This document shows positions 6,195-14,968 of a stretch of DNA of 15,862 nt, piece by piece. The stretch's first letter is position 1; the number at the start of each line of letters is the position of its first letter. Below the pieces are notes generated by a model. It searched no databases and had not been told where the DNA came from. It worked only from the letters and a program-made list of their open reading frames with translations. A program made the position numbers and the translations under genes. Source of the DNA: Candidatus Zixiibacteriota bacterium (GTDB lineage Bacteria; Zixibacteria; MSB-5A5; UBA10806; 4484-95); contig JAOZPT010000002.1 of the NCBI GenBank assembly GCA_029932605.1, positions 1 to 15,862 on the forward strand, read 5' to 3'.

Positions 6195-8630
6195 ATGGAA
6201 GATATTACACAAAATAGCCAGAAACAGTCAGTCTCGGACAAGGAAAAATTAACAGGTGAACCCATTGCTGTTTTACCGGTTAAGGGTACGGTTGTTTTCC
6301 CTGCTTTGGTAACATCACTTTTGGTTACTGAGGCTCGTCATACGAAACTCGTTGATGAGACTTTAATGGCTGGCAAGCCTCTGGGGCTTTTCACCCAGAA
6401 AGATGCCGAAATAGAGTATCCCGGGATTGATGATATTTATAAAATTGGAACTGCTGGACATATACTAAAAATGCTTCGTTTTCCCGATGGCTCGGTGCGT
6501 TTTCTGGTTCAGGGAATTGCCCGTATCAAATTAACCGAACTTGTTGAAACTGAGCCTTTCTGGAAAGCAAATATAGAGTTGGTGGAGGAGTCGTTTACCT
6601 CCTCGATAGAGACCGAAGGGCTAATAAGAAACATTTTGGACCAATTAGCTAAAGTCACAAAGCTTGCTCCTTACCTTCCAGATGACCTCCAGGTGTCGGC
6701 TTACAATACCAGCGATCCATCAAAACTGGCCGATCTGATAGCCTCCAATCTGAATGTCAGTAATGCCGAGAAGCAGGAGGTCTTAGAGATATTTGATGTT
6801 AAACAGCGGCTGCATAAGGTGACAATGATGATAACCAAAGAGCTTCAGGTGCTGGAGATGTCACGGAAAATTCAGTCTGAAGCAGCTACCGAGATGGGTA
6901 AATCACAACGTGAATATATTCTCAGGGAACAGCTAAAAGCAATCCAGAAAGAGTTGGGTGAATATGATGAACGGAGGATGGAGATCAATGAGTTCAAGAA
7001 TAAAATCGAAGCGGCCAAGATGCCCGATGAGGCACGAGAGGCAGCCGAAAAAGAGCTTGAACGACTGTCTAAAATGAATCCATCGGCCGCTGAATACACT
7101 GTCAGCAGAACCTACCTCGACTGGCTGGTAAACCTTCCCTGGTCGATAAGCACTGAGGATATACTTGATATTAAAGCCGCACAGAAGGTTTTAAACGAAG
7201 ACCATTATGATCTTGACAAAGTCAAGGAGAGGATACTGGAATATTTAGCTGTGCGAAAACTCAAAACCGACCTGAAAGGACCAATATTATGTTTTGTTGG
7301 CCCACCCGGTGTGGGGAAAACCTCTCTGGGAAGGTCTATTGCCCGGGCCATGGGCAGGAAATTTTTCAGGATGTCGCTTGGTGGAATTCGCGACGAGGCC
7401 GAGATACGTGGTCACCGAAGAACATACATTGGTGCACTTCCCGGACGGATTATTCAGGGGCTTCGCAAGGCTGGCTCAAAAAACCCTGTGTTCATGCTTG
7501 ACGAAATTGACAAGATAGGCCAGGATTTCCGTGGTGACCCTGCCTCGGCTCTTTTAGAGGTGTTGGATCCAGAACAGAATTTCAGTTTTTCCGACCATTA
7601 TTTAGATGTGAATTTCGATCTAGCTAAGGTTATGTTTATTACAACCGCCAACATCCTGGAAACAATCCCTGCGGTGCTGTTAGATCGTATGGAGGTAATA
7701 ACCCTTCCCGGCTATACCGATCTTGAGAAACTGGCGATTGCCAAAAAATTTCTTATCCCCAGAAACCTTAGTGACCATGGCCTTAAATCAAAAAATTTGA
7801 GCTTTACCGATAGTGCTATTAAGAAGGTGATTTCCGATTATACTCGTGAATCGGGCTTGCGTAATCTAAATCGTGAGTTAGGATCTATTTGCCGAAAAGT
7901 AGCAAAGAAGGTGGCGGCAGAGGAATTAGAAACGATTCGGGTTACACCGACACAGGTTGGAAAGTTTTTAGGCGCAGCTAAATTTTATCAGGAGCTAGCT
8001 GAGAAAACATCTCGAGTCGGAGTAGTACCAGCATTAGCTTGGACCTCGGCCGGTGGTGAGATATTGTTCGTTGAGGCAACCGCTATGCCTGGTAAAAAAG
8101 ATCTAACATTAACCGGACAACTTGGCGAGGTGATGAAAGAATCAGTGCTTACCGCTATGTCTTATTTGAGGTCGATTTCAAATAAACTTGGTATAGATCC
8201 TGAGTATTTCTCAAACCACGATTTTCACCTGCATGTTCCAGCTGGTTCAACCCCAAAGGATGGGCCATCAGCCGGCATAACGATGTTTACGGCTTTAGCA
8301 TCGCTTGCAACAGGCAAACCGGTTAAGCCTTACCTGGCGATGACAGGCGAGATAACCCTTCGCGGGGAAATTCTGCCTGTAGGTGGCATAAAACAAAAAT
8401 CATTGGCTGCTTATAGGGCTGGTATTAAAACCGTTCTTTTCCCAAAAAAGAACGAAAAAGATTTGGATGAAATTCCAAAAGAGGTTACTGACCGGGTAGA
8501 GTTTATATCTGTGGATACTGTTGATGAGGTTTTAGAAAAAGCTCTCGGGATAAGTTTTAAGAAGGATACTGGTAAATTAAGAAGGTCGAAGAAAACCACC
8601 AGAAAGTCAGTAGAGAAAAAGATGAAATGA
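6195..8630 (+). CDS. lon: ATP-dependent endopeptidase La (LonA type)
   Basis: LON N-domain, Walker A GPPGVGKTS, RGHRRTYIG, Walker B FMLDEIDK, catalytic Ser in PKDGPSAG and Lys in VGGIKQK. Confidence 0.99.
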   Translation: MEDITQNSQKQSVSDKEKLTGEPIAVLPVKGTVVFPALVTSLLVTEARHTKLVDETLMAGKPLGLFTQKDAEIEYPGIDDIYKIGTAGHILKMLRFPDGSVRFLVQGIARIKLTELVETEPFWKANIELVEESFTSSIETEGLIRNILDQLAKVTKLAPYLPDDLQVSAYNTSDPSKLADLIASNLNVSNAEKQEVLEIFDVKQRLHKVTMMITKELQVLEMSRKIQSEAATEMGKSQREYILREQLKAIQKELGEYDERRMEINEFKNKIEAAKMPDEAREAAEKELERLSKMNPSAAEYTVSRTYLDWLVNLPWSISTEDILDIKAAQKVLNEDHYDLDKVKERILEYLAVRKLKTDLKGPILCFVGPPGVGKTSLGRSIARAMGRKFFRMSLGGIRDEAEIRGHRRTYIGALPGRIIQGLRKAGSKNPVFMLDEIDKIGQDFRGDPASALLEVLDPEQNFSFSDHYLDVNFDLAKVMFITTANILETIPAVLLDRMEVITLPGYTDLEKLAIAKKFLIPRNLSDHGLKSKNLSFTDSAIKKVISDYTRESGLRNLNRELGSICRKVAKKVAAEELETIRVTPTQVGKFLGAAKFYQELAEKTSRVGVVPALAWTSAGGEILFVEATAMPGKKDLTLTGQLGEVMKESVLTAMSYLRSISNKLGIDPEYFSNHDFHLHVPAGSTPKDGPSAGITMFTALASLATGKPVKPYLAMTGEITLRGEILPVGGIKQKSLAAYRAGIKTVLFPKKNEKDLDEIPKEVTDRVEFISVDTVDEVLEKALGISFKKDTGKLRRSKKTTRKSVEKKMK

Positions 8631-8973
8631 TATTGTATTCGAGGCTTTTGTATGTTTTAAATATCTCATCTTTTATAGAACGTTAAAATCCTTTTATGCA
8701 TTATCAGCCGGTATTATCATAAACTTTTTTATTTTAAGAAACAGCTTTGCGCATATCGCCCAAACATTAATAGCAAAAATGATAGTGCTACACTTCAGAA
8801 AATTAAGTTCTTTTGGACAACTCAAAAACGCTGCATGATTTTGGCAGGCTTCACTTCCTCAATGTTTGTACATTGCAGTTAAACTGATTAACAACCTCTT
8901 AATTAGATATTAAAATGGTTTAAAGAAATATTCCACTTCGTTAAAATGTACTTAATTTGCAATTCTTTTCTTT

Positions 8974-11598
8974 TCAATAATCATATCCTGCATAAAAGTA
9001 AAACGCATCCCGTCCCTGTGATGTTCTGCCATAGGCTATTCCCACTGGCCCGATAAGCGTCTTAACGGTCAAAGATATACCGAAACCGTGCTGAAGTTTG
9101 TCGAATCTGATGGATTGGACAGTCGGCCAGATATCACCAATATCATACCTGGCGGATAGATAGAGATACCTCATTAATTTTTGCCGTAGTTCCAGAGAAC
9201 CATTGAATATTTTTTCTCCCATTTCTTCGTGGTCAAAAAGTCCATAAAATGTATTTCTCCCACCGAGATCAAAAAGCATAAAGTAAGGTATCTTTCTGTT
9301 GAAAAACCCCAATGCTGCCCGAGGGTGAAAATTAAGACTTTTATATATTGGATAATAAGCCTCAAGACTTGTGAAAAATTTAGTGTAAATCGCCTCTCCA
9401 CCGAGGATGTCAGTGGCAAACTCCAACTCGAAATAATGATATTTACCGGTTTCAGGAAATGGCAGGGAGTTGAATGTGTCCACGAGTGAACGTATTGAGA
9501 GCGATGTTCGGTTGCAGTCGTGGTGATGGAAATCCGGACTTTCATAACGATGGTGCATGAGATCCAGAACCGCTGAAAGTTTGCCAAAGCGCGGGAACTG
9601 TTGCCCGATTTCAAACTCAATCCCTATAGATTTCTCTAGCAGATAACGTGAAAATTTATGGTTTATGTAAAAATTCCTTTTGAAAATATGATGGCTTAAT
9701 GACAACCGATATGTAAGGTAGGTTTTAAAAATTCTATCAGCTTTTATATTCAAAAGGTAGGACCTTTTTTTCTCTCCAAACTGTCCTGAAATGTAAAATT
9801 CGTTTCCGGCTCCGAAAAAGTTCGTGCTGACCAAATCAACAAAACCGGCGGCTCTGTACTCGTTGTCATACCTTGCACCAGCACGGATGTAATCAAAGGA
9901 TTTCTCCTCAACCTTGATATTGAGATCGATACCAGTACTGCAGGGACTGGCGATAAGTTTTACTGTTTCGAAAAGACCTGTTGCATAAAGGTCATCCAAA
10001 CTCTTCTGGGCTTTCTCAGCATTAAATATTTCTTTTGGTCGAAGGTGAAAATCACGAAGGATTGTCCAGTTTTTCGTTCGTTTGTTGCCCGTTATGTAAA
10101 TATTATTTATCCTACCTTCATCAATCGTGATTGTGACTATACCGTTAGTTGGGTTTATGTAGATGGTTTTAACTCGGGCTAAAGTATAGCCTGAAGATGC
10201 GTAAAGTTGTTTTATCTTTTTCAGGTCATCTTTTATTTGGTTATAATTAGCAACCTGTCCCGGTTTTGTATCAATTATTTTAAGCAAAGTCTGTTGTGAA
10301 AATAGGGTCAAACCGGAAAATGAAAGAGTGCTTATACGTGGATTATCCTTTAGCCTATAGGTTAAAGTATATTTTTGAGACTGTCTTTCTAATATTGCAT
10401 TGGCATTTTTAATATAACCGCTTTTGATAATTTTAGTTAGGTTGTTTTTTATCTCGTGTTCGGATATCGGCTCGGTTGACACAAGACCTGTTTTGAAAAA
10501 GGCCGAGGGCATATTCTTCAAACCGGTAATTTCCACTTGGGCTATATTGTAAGTATTACCGCCCCTGTCTTCTTCTTCCTCAAGGAGAGCATTTATTCGG
10601 GGTAAACATTCAAGAGCGGATTTTCTACCAGCATCGATCAATTCTTCAATCGAACTGAAATCAAATGTCTTATGAAAACCAACTCTGGGGGTAATTACAA
10701 GGTCGGCTTGTTCTAGTTGATTATTCAATCGAGGAAGAGACATTACAGTTGTTGTTTGGTTTGCCATATCGATAGCATCTGTTATTTCCTCCAGCGGTAA
10801 AAGCGGTGTGGTTGTGTTAATGGCAATTACCGGTCCACCGCTGAGCTGACGACAGATCTCTACTGGCACAGGATTTACAAGGCCGCCATCCACAAGGAGA
10901 CGGCCATCTGTAAATACAGGAGTAAAACCTACCGGAAATGCCATAGATGCCCTTAGGGCCTCCGCTAAGTCCCCCGATGATATTACCTCAGGTTGGCCTG
11001 TGGCCATGTCGGTGGCAATGGCTCGGAAAGGTGGGTCAAGAAGATCAAAACTTATGGTGGCCAGAATCTCGCTTCTGTAACATAGCCTTGTTAAAAGGTT
11101 TGACAGTTTCTGTGCCGAGGTTATCCCTCTGGGCAGAGTTGGGCGCCATCTGTCAATTCCTATCTTTATAAATGCTTTCTCCGCCCGACCTTTTGCTGAC
11201 ACAAGAACTGATGACCTGATTGGTGCTGATGAAAAAAGCTCATTCCAGTTAATGCTTACAACTAATTGATGAAGTTCCTCTGGAGAATAACCAGCACAAT
11301 AAAGAGCGCCTATTACTGCACCCATGCTGGTTCCGGCAATAAATTTTATAGGGATTTTTTCCTCTTCAAGAACCTCGAGAACTCCTATCTGGGCAAAACC
11401 GCGAGCACCTCCACCGGACAAAGCTAATGCTATACCCTCCTTGTTTGAAGAAGGTAAAAGATAAACGTTTTTGTTTATTTGCAGAGAATCAGTTAAATTA
11501 AGTTGATTAAATTCGTAGTCTGGATTTATAATTACTGTATCACCAACAGCGGTGGAGAAGAGCGGTATGATTATAAGGAATAAACTTAAAAACACCAT
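8974..11598 (-). CDS. Patatin-like phospholipase fused to POTRA domains and a C-terminal Omp85/BamA-type barrel (PlpD-like architecture)
   Basis: Hydrophobic signal peptide; patatin motifs LSGGGARG, GTSMG, DGG; POTRA-like units (e.g. INNIYITGNKRTK...LYATGLFETV...IKVEEK); amphipathic beta strands ending FYFYAGYDY. Start is ATG 11598 (GAGGT SD 8 nt upstream) or GTG 11601. Confidence 0.92.
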   Translation of the reverse strand: MVFLSLFLIIIPLFSTAVGDTVIINPDYEFNQLNLTDSLQINKNVYLLPSSNKEGIALALSGGGARGFAQIGVLEVLEEEKIPIKFIAGTSMGAVIGALYCAGYSPEELHQLVVSINWNELFSSAPIRSSVLVSAKGRAEKAFIKIGIDRWRPTLPRGITSAQKLSNLLTRLCYRSEILATISFDLLDPPFRAIATDMATGQPEVISSGDLAEALRASMAFPVGFTPVFTDGRLLVDGGLVNPVPVEICRQLSGGPVIAINTTTPLLPLEEITDAIDMANQTTTVMSLPRLNNQLEQADLVITPRVGFHKTFDFSSIEELIDAGRKSALECLPRINALLEEEEDRGGNTYNIAQVEITGLKNMPSAFFKTGLVSTEPISEHEIKNNLTKIIKSGYIKNANAILERQSQKYTLTYRLKDNPRISTLSFSGLTLFSQQTLLKIIDTKPGQVANYNQIKDDLKKIKQLYASSGYTLARVKTIYINPTNGIVTITIDEGRINNIYITGNKRTKNWTILRDFHLRPKEIFNAEKAQKSLDDLYATGLFETVKLIASPCSTGIDLNIKVEEKSFDYIRAGARYDNEYRAAGFVDLVSTNFFGAGNEFYISGQFGEKKRSYLLNIKADRIFKTYLTYRLSLSHHIFKRNFYINHKFSRYLLEKSIGIEFEIGQQFPRFGKLSAVLDLMHHRYESPDFHHHDCNRTSLSIRSLVDTFNSLPFPETGKYHYFELEFATDILGGEAIYTKFFTSLEAYYPIYKSLNFHPRAALGFFNRKIPYFMLFDLGGRNTFYGLFDHEEMGEKIFNGSLELRQKLMRYLYLSARYDIGDIWPTVQSIRFDKLQHGFGISLTVKTLIGPVGIAYGRTSQGRDAFYFYAGYDY

Positions 11599-11618
11599 CA
11601 CGATTTACCTCGATGTAA

Positions 11619-11647
11619 ATTATACCGATGAGGAGGTCTAAAATCAA
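11619..11647 (-). promoter_or_regulatory. sigma70-type promoter for the patatin-Omp85 gene
   Basis: Minus strand TTGATT (11647-11642), 17 nt, perfect TATAAT (11624-11619). It overlaps the first codons of the divergent methyltransferase. Confidence 0.65.
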
Positions 11648-12428
11648 GTCCTCAAACAAGAAGAAAAGTAACAAACTTACAAGAAGACGGTTGAAATTAT
11701 ACGCCTCCCTGAAACAGAAGAAATTCAGGCGGATAAACAACCTTTTTATCGTCGAGGGTCCACATTTAGTACAAACGGCCATTGAGTCCGATTGGGATAT
11801 TGAGGAAGTAATTGTTAAAACGGAAAAAACTGAGTTTATCAGGAAGCTCAAGTTGCCAGAAAAAATTACTTCTATTTTAAAGGAAGCAGAATTCAACAGG
11901 CTTAGCTCCTCAAAATCTCCTCAGGGCGTGCTTGCAGTAGTTAAGATCAAATATGAAAATATCGATAAACTGATATCGAAGGCCAGAAAAGTCGTAGTAG
12001 CTGATAACATATCAGACCCTGGCAATCTTGGTACATTAATTCGTAGTGCCGCTGCTTTTGGCTTCGATTTAGTTACATGTGTGGGGGATTGTGCTGAGAT
12101 TTACAATCCCAAGACAGTACGAGCTACCCAGGGTACAATTTTCACCATACCGATTTGCGAATTGAATAGTCCGAAAGATTTTATAAAAAAGTTTGCCAAA
12201 CGTTTCAAAGTAACGGTTATCTCACCACGGGCTAAGATGAGCCTTTGGCAGGCACCAAAAATATCTCGGTTAGCCTTAATTTTGGGAAACGAGATAACCG
12301 GTATAAGTCCGTTGATTTCAGCAAAAGCTGATTTTAAGTTTAAAATCGATCAGACAAACAGGGTTGAATCTCTCAACGTTGCAGTCGCTGGTAGCATAGC
12401 CATGTATAAATTTGCAAGAGTAAAATAA
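11628..12428 (+). CDS. TrmH/SpoU-family RNA 2'-O-methyltransferase (SPOUT)
   Basis: FIVEG N-terminal substrate-binding domain, PQGV, DNISDPGNLGTLIRSAAAFG, LGNE..GIS, ESLNVAVA. Target RNA cannot be assigned; the exact start is uncertain. Confidence 0.93.
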   Translation: MRRSKIKSSNKKKSNKLTRRRLKLYASLKQKKFRRINNLFIVEGPHLVQTAIESDWDIEEVIVKTEKTEFIRKLKLPEKITSILKEAEFNRLSSSKSPQGVLAVVKIKYENIDKLISKARKVVVADNISDPGNLGTLIRSAAAFGFDLVTCVGDCAEIYNPKTVRATQGTIFTIPICELNSPKDFIKKFAKRFKVTVISPRAKMSLWQAPKISRLALILGNEITGISPLISAKADFKFKIDQTNRVESLNVAVAGSIAMYKFARVK

Positions 12429-12625
12429 TGTGTTTATATAAAACTGTAATAAAGTAAACAAAGATTTTTTAACACAATTGCTTTAACCGTGTAATTTTTG
12501 CCGTTTCACATGAACATCCGACTTAATGCATTGCCGGACAATCGGTTGGCTTGATATTTTAAGATAATGCTTGAAAACGTTTAATACTATTAAAGGAATG
12601 GATTATGTTTTTTTATGCCTTTAGC

Positions 12626-12652
12626 TAAATAGAATTACCTACCTGCCGAAAC
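12626..12652 (+). promoter_or_regulatory. Candidate sigma28 (FliA/SigD)-type promoter
   Basis: TAAA (12626-12629), 15 nt, GCCGAAAC (12645-12652), versus consensus TAAA-N15-GCCGATAA. It ends 20 nt before the ATG, with an AGGTG SD at 12661-12665. Confidence 0.55.
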
Positions 12653-12672
12653 CATTAAATAGGTGAAAATTT

Positions 12673-13053
12673 ATGAGCAAGAACGCTACAAAGAAGATTT
12701 TAATTGTTGACGACAATCCCAATATGTCTGTTTTGTTATCTGATATTCTTGAGATTTTCGAGTTTGAGGGAAACCGAGCCAGCGATGGCCATGAGGCTTT
12801 AGACAAACTTAAAACAGATGATTATGCTATGGTTTTCACCGACTTAAGGATGCCTAAAATGGATGGCATTGATCTTTTGAAAGCCATAAAAAATGAATAC
12901 CCCAATTTACCTGTTGTTGTCATTACCGGTTACTCTCTGGGTGAGACACAAAATATTCTTTTATCTCAGAAAGCCGATGGTTTTCTCAATAAACCTTTCA
13001 AGGTAGACGATATTGAGAACCTTTTACAGAGATTATTAGGCTTTACAAAATAA
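12673..13053 (+). CDS. Single-domain response regulator (CheY-like receiver)
   Basis: ILIVDD acidic pocket, phosphoacceptor Asp in VFTDLRMPKMDG, ITG, KPF. No output domain. Confidence 0.93.
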   Translation: MSKNATKKILIVDDNPNMSVLLSDILEIFEFEGNRASDGHEALDKLKTDDYAMVFTDLRMPKMDGIDLLKAIKNEYPNLPVVVITGYSLGETQNILLSQKADGFLNKPFKVDDIENLLQRLLGFTK

Positions 13054-13216
13054 TCATAAATATCCCTGCAATCAAATATATCTTTATATTACCTGAAAAA
13101 ATTATTTGATTAAATCATGGCTTTTTAATAGTGCTTTTGATTTATGTTAATATTGAGATTTTGTTGAGCAGGTTATATCATTTTCTTGTTTTCAAAATCC
13201 AAAGGTTAAATTCCAA

Positions 13217-13245
13217 TTGAAATATCTATTTGTGTGTTATATTTT
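13217..13245 (+). promoter_or_regulatory. Candidate sigma70-type promoter upstream of the ECF sigma gene
   Basis: TTGAAA (13217-13222), 17 nt, TATTTT (13240-13245); alternatively an extended -10 TG-T-TATATT (13235-13243). The region is AT-rich, so a chance match is possible. Confidence 0.4.
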
Positions 13246-13276
13246 AGGATAAGTTATAGTTAATACGGGTAGGTGG

Positions 13277-13302
13277 CGCAACTTTTAGCGAAAGATATCG
13301 TA
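13277..13302 (+). promoter_or_regulatory. Candidate ECF (SigW-like) autoregulatory promoter
   Basis: CGCAAC (13277-13282), 16 nt, CGTA (13299-13302), compared with the B. subtilis SigW consensus TGAAAC-N16-CGTA. It lies directly upstream of the SD. Confidence 0.65.
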
Positions 13303-13321
13303 ACTTTAAAAAGGGAGTAAT

Positions 13322-13894
13322 CTGATTTTAGAATCAGAGGAAACCCTGATAAATAAGGCTTTGGCGGGTGACCAGAAAGCCTATCAGGTGCTTTTTGAGA
13401 GACATAGACAGGCTATATTTCATATCGCTTTCAAGATCGTACGTGATAAAGAAGAAGCACGGGATTTAGTTCAGGAAACGTTCATCAAAGCTTTTAGCTC
13501 TTTGAAATCATATAATCCCGATTACCGGTTTACGACCTGGCTCTACAAAATCGTTGCCAACTCATCAATTGACCATATCCGCAAGAGGAGGATAAACGTT
13601 TTTTCCCTTGATCAACCGATGAGCACCAAAGATGGGGAGGTTAATGTTGAAGTTGCGGATATGTCATATAACCCTGAGAAGGATTTAACCACCAAGCAAA
13701 ACCAGCTTTCTATCACCAAGGCTATTGATTCGTTACCGGAGAAATACAAGCAGGTTATCGTTATGCGACATCATGAAGATAAGTCTTACGAGGACATAGC
13801 AAAAATCCTGGCTGTACCGGTGGGGACTGTAAAGGCGCGTATATTTAGGGCTCGGGAGCTTTTAAAGAAGAAATTAAAATCTTTAAGATATTAA
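13322..13894 (+). CDS. ECF RNA polymerase sigma factor (SigW/RpoE-like)
   Basis: sigma2 region (EEARDLVQETFIKAF, FTTWLYKIVANSSIDHIRKR) and sigma4 region (SYEDIAKILAVPVGTVKARIFRARELL). The track start is TTG 13361, but an ECF-like N-terminus extends in frame to CTG 13322/ATT 13325. Confidence 0.93.
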   Translation: MILESEETLINKALAGDQKAYQVLFERHRQAIFHIAFKIVRDKEEARDLVQETFIKAFSSLKSYNPDYRFTTWLYKIVANSSIDHIRKRRINVFSLDQPMSTKDGEVNVEVADMSYNPEKDLTTKQNQLSITKAIDSLPEKYKQVIVMRHHEDKSYEDIAKILAVPVGTVKARIFRARELLKKKLKSLRY

Positions 13895-13904
13895 GGAGGT
13901 CGCC

Positions 13905-14966
13905 ATGAATAACTTAAAGATGAAAATAGCCATCACCATACTACTTATAGCGGTAACTGCCCGGGCGGAATGGGAATTTCTATCGGATTACACCCAACCG
14001 GCTAAGGACATCAAAAATGTTCTTGTAGATTGTCCGGCTGGCGAGATTAAATTTGAGCCATCAACCAACGACGATATCTATGTGGCGGTCAAGAAAATTG
14101 TGTATTTAGAAAGAGAAAGTAAAGCCCAAAAACTGGCAAAGGACTGCAAAGTTGATTTTAAAGTTAGCAATTCCACCTTTGAGGTAACCGTTGATTTTCC
14201 CCGAAACCGTTATCGCCACCGGGATTTCCTGGCCAAGCTATTTTTGGGTGATTTCGACCAAGAACTTGAGGTTTTGATTAAAGTTTCTGTCCCCAAAAAA
14301 ATTGGTTTGATTGTGGAAACCTCTTCAGCCGATGTGTTTGCTTTTGACCTGCAAAATGATATTGCGATTGATGGTTCATCCTCGGATGTCAGCCTGGAGA
14401 ACATCAAAGGTGATTGTGACTTAAGCCTTTCTTCGGGAGACCTTGAGGCTTATGTTGTAGATGGGAATATTTCTCTCGATGGTTCATCATCGGATTTTCA
14501 GTTGAGTGATGTAATTGGTGATTTGAAGATAGCAACATCATCGGGTGATGGCATAGTTGAAGAGGCCAAAGGAAATCTTGAGTTGACAACCAGTTCTGGT
14601 GATATAAGAATATATGGGTTGAAAGGAGACCTGACATGCAAGACCTCATCTGGTGACGTTATCTGTGATGATGTTGATGGTTCGGTGAGAGCAAAAAGCT
14701 CATCGGGTGATATTAAGTTAAGACGATTAAAAGATGATAAAGGTGATTTCTTTGTCAAAACGACCTCGGGGGATGTGTACTTTGAAATTACCCCTATTTT
14801 TGACGGCTCACTTGAGGTAGAAACTATTTCTGGTGTGATTAATGCTCGCATTGATATGGAAATCAATGAATACTCAGATTCATATTTAGTGGGTACTATT
14901 GGAGAAGGTCCCGGCGAAATCCATATAATAACAACCTCAGGGGATGTCAAACTGGAGAATTTTTAA
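13905..14966 (+). CDS. Exported DUF4097-like beta-strand repeat protein
   Basis: AAGGAGGT SD, Sec-type signal peptide ending VTARA, and about 11 (T/S/G)SSGD-like motifs, mostly at 18-aa spacing. Confidence 0.85.
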   Translation: MNNLKMKIAITILLIAVTARAEWEFLSDYTQPAKDIKNVLVDCPAGEIKFEPSTNDDIYVAVKKIVYLERESKAQKLAKDCKVDFKVSNSTFEVTVDFPRNRYRHRDFLAKLFLGDFDQELEVLIKVSVPKKIGLIVETSSADVFAFDLQNDIAIDGSSSDVSLENIKGDCDLSLSSGDLEAYVVDGNISLDGSSSDFQLSDVIGDLKIATSSGDGIVEEAKGNLELTTSSGDIRIYGLKGDLTCKTSSGDVICDDVDGSVRAKSSSGDIKLRRLKDDKGDFFVKTTSGDVYFEITPIFDGSLEVETISGVINARIDMEINEYSDSYLVGTIGEGPGEIHIITTSGDVKLENF

Positions 14967-14968
14967 CA

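Noticed and set aside
8627..8686. 19-codon ORF overlapping the lon stop (ATGA)
   Set aside because: Too short, with no SD or motif; expected by chance.
8631..8973. Possible ncRNA, terminator or CIRCE-like TAGCA-N10-TGCTA (8771-8790) in the convergent gap
   Set aside because: No strong GC hairpin with a U-tract. The spacing is wrong for CIRCE and the site is downstream of both genes.
9174..11896. ORFs 9174-9620, 9229-9489, 10947-11171 and 11540-11896
   Set aside because: Out-of-frame or antisense shadows of the patatin-Omp85 and methyltransferase genes.
13106..13118. FNR-like TTGAT-TAA-ATCAT
   Set aside because: The spacer is 3 nt rather than 4 and the right arm mismatches; AT-rich background.
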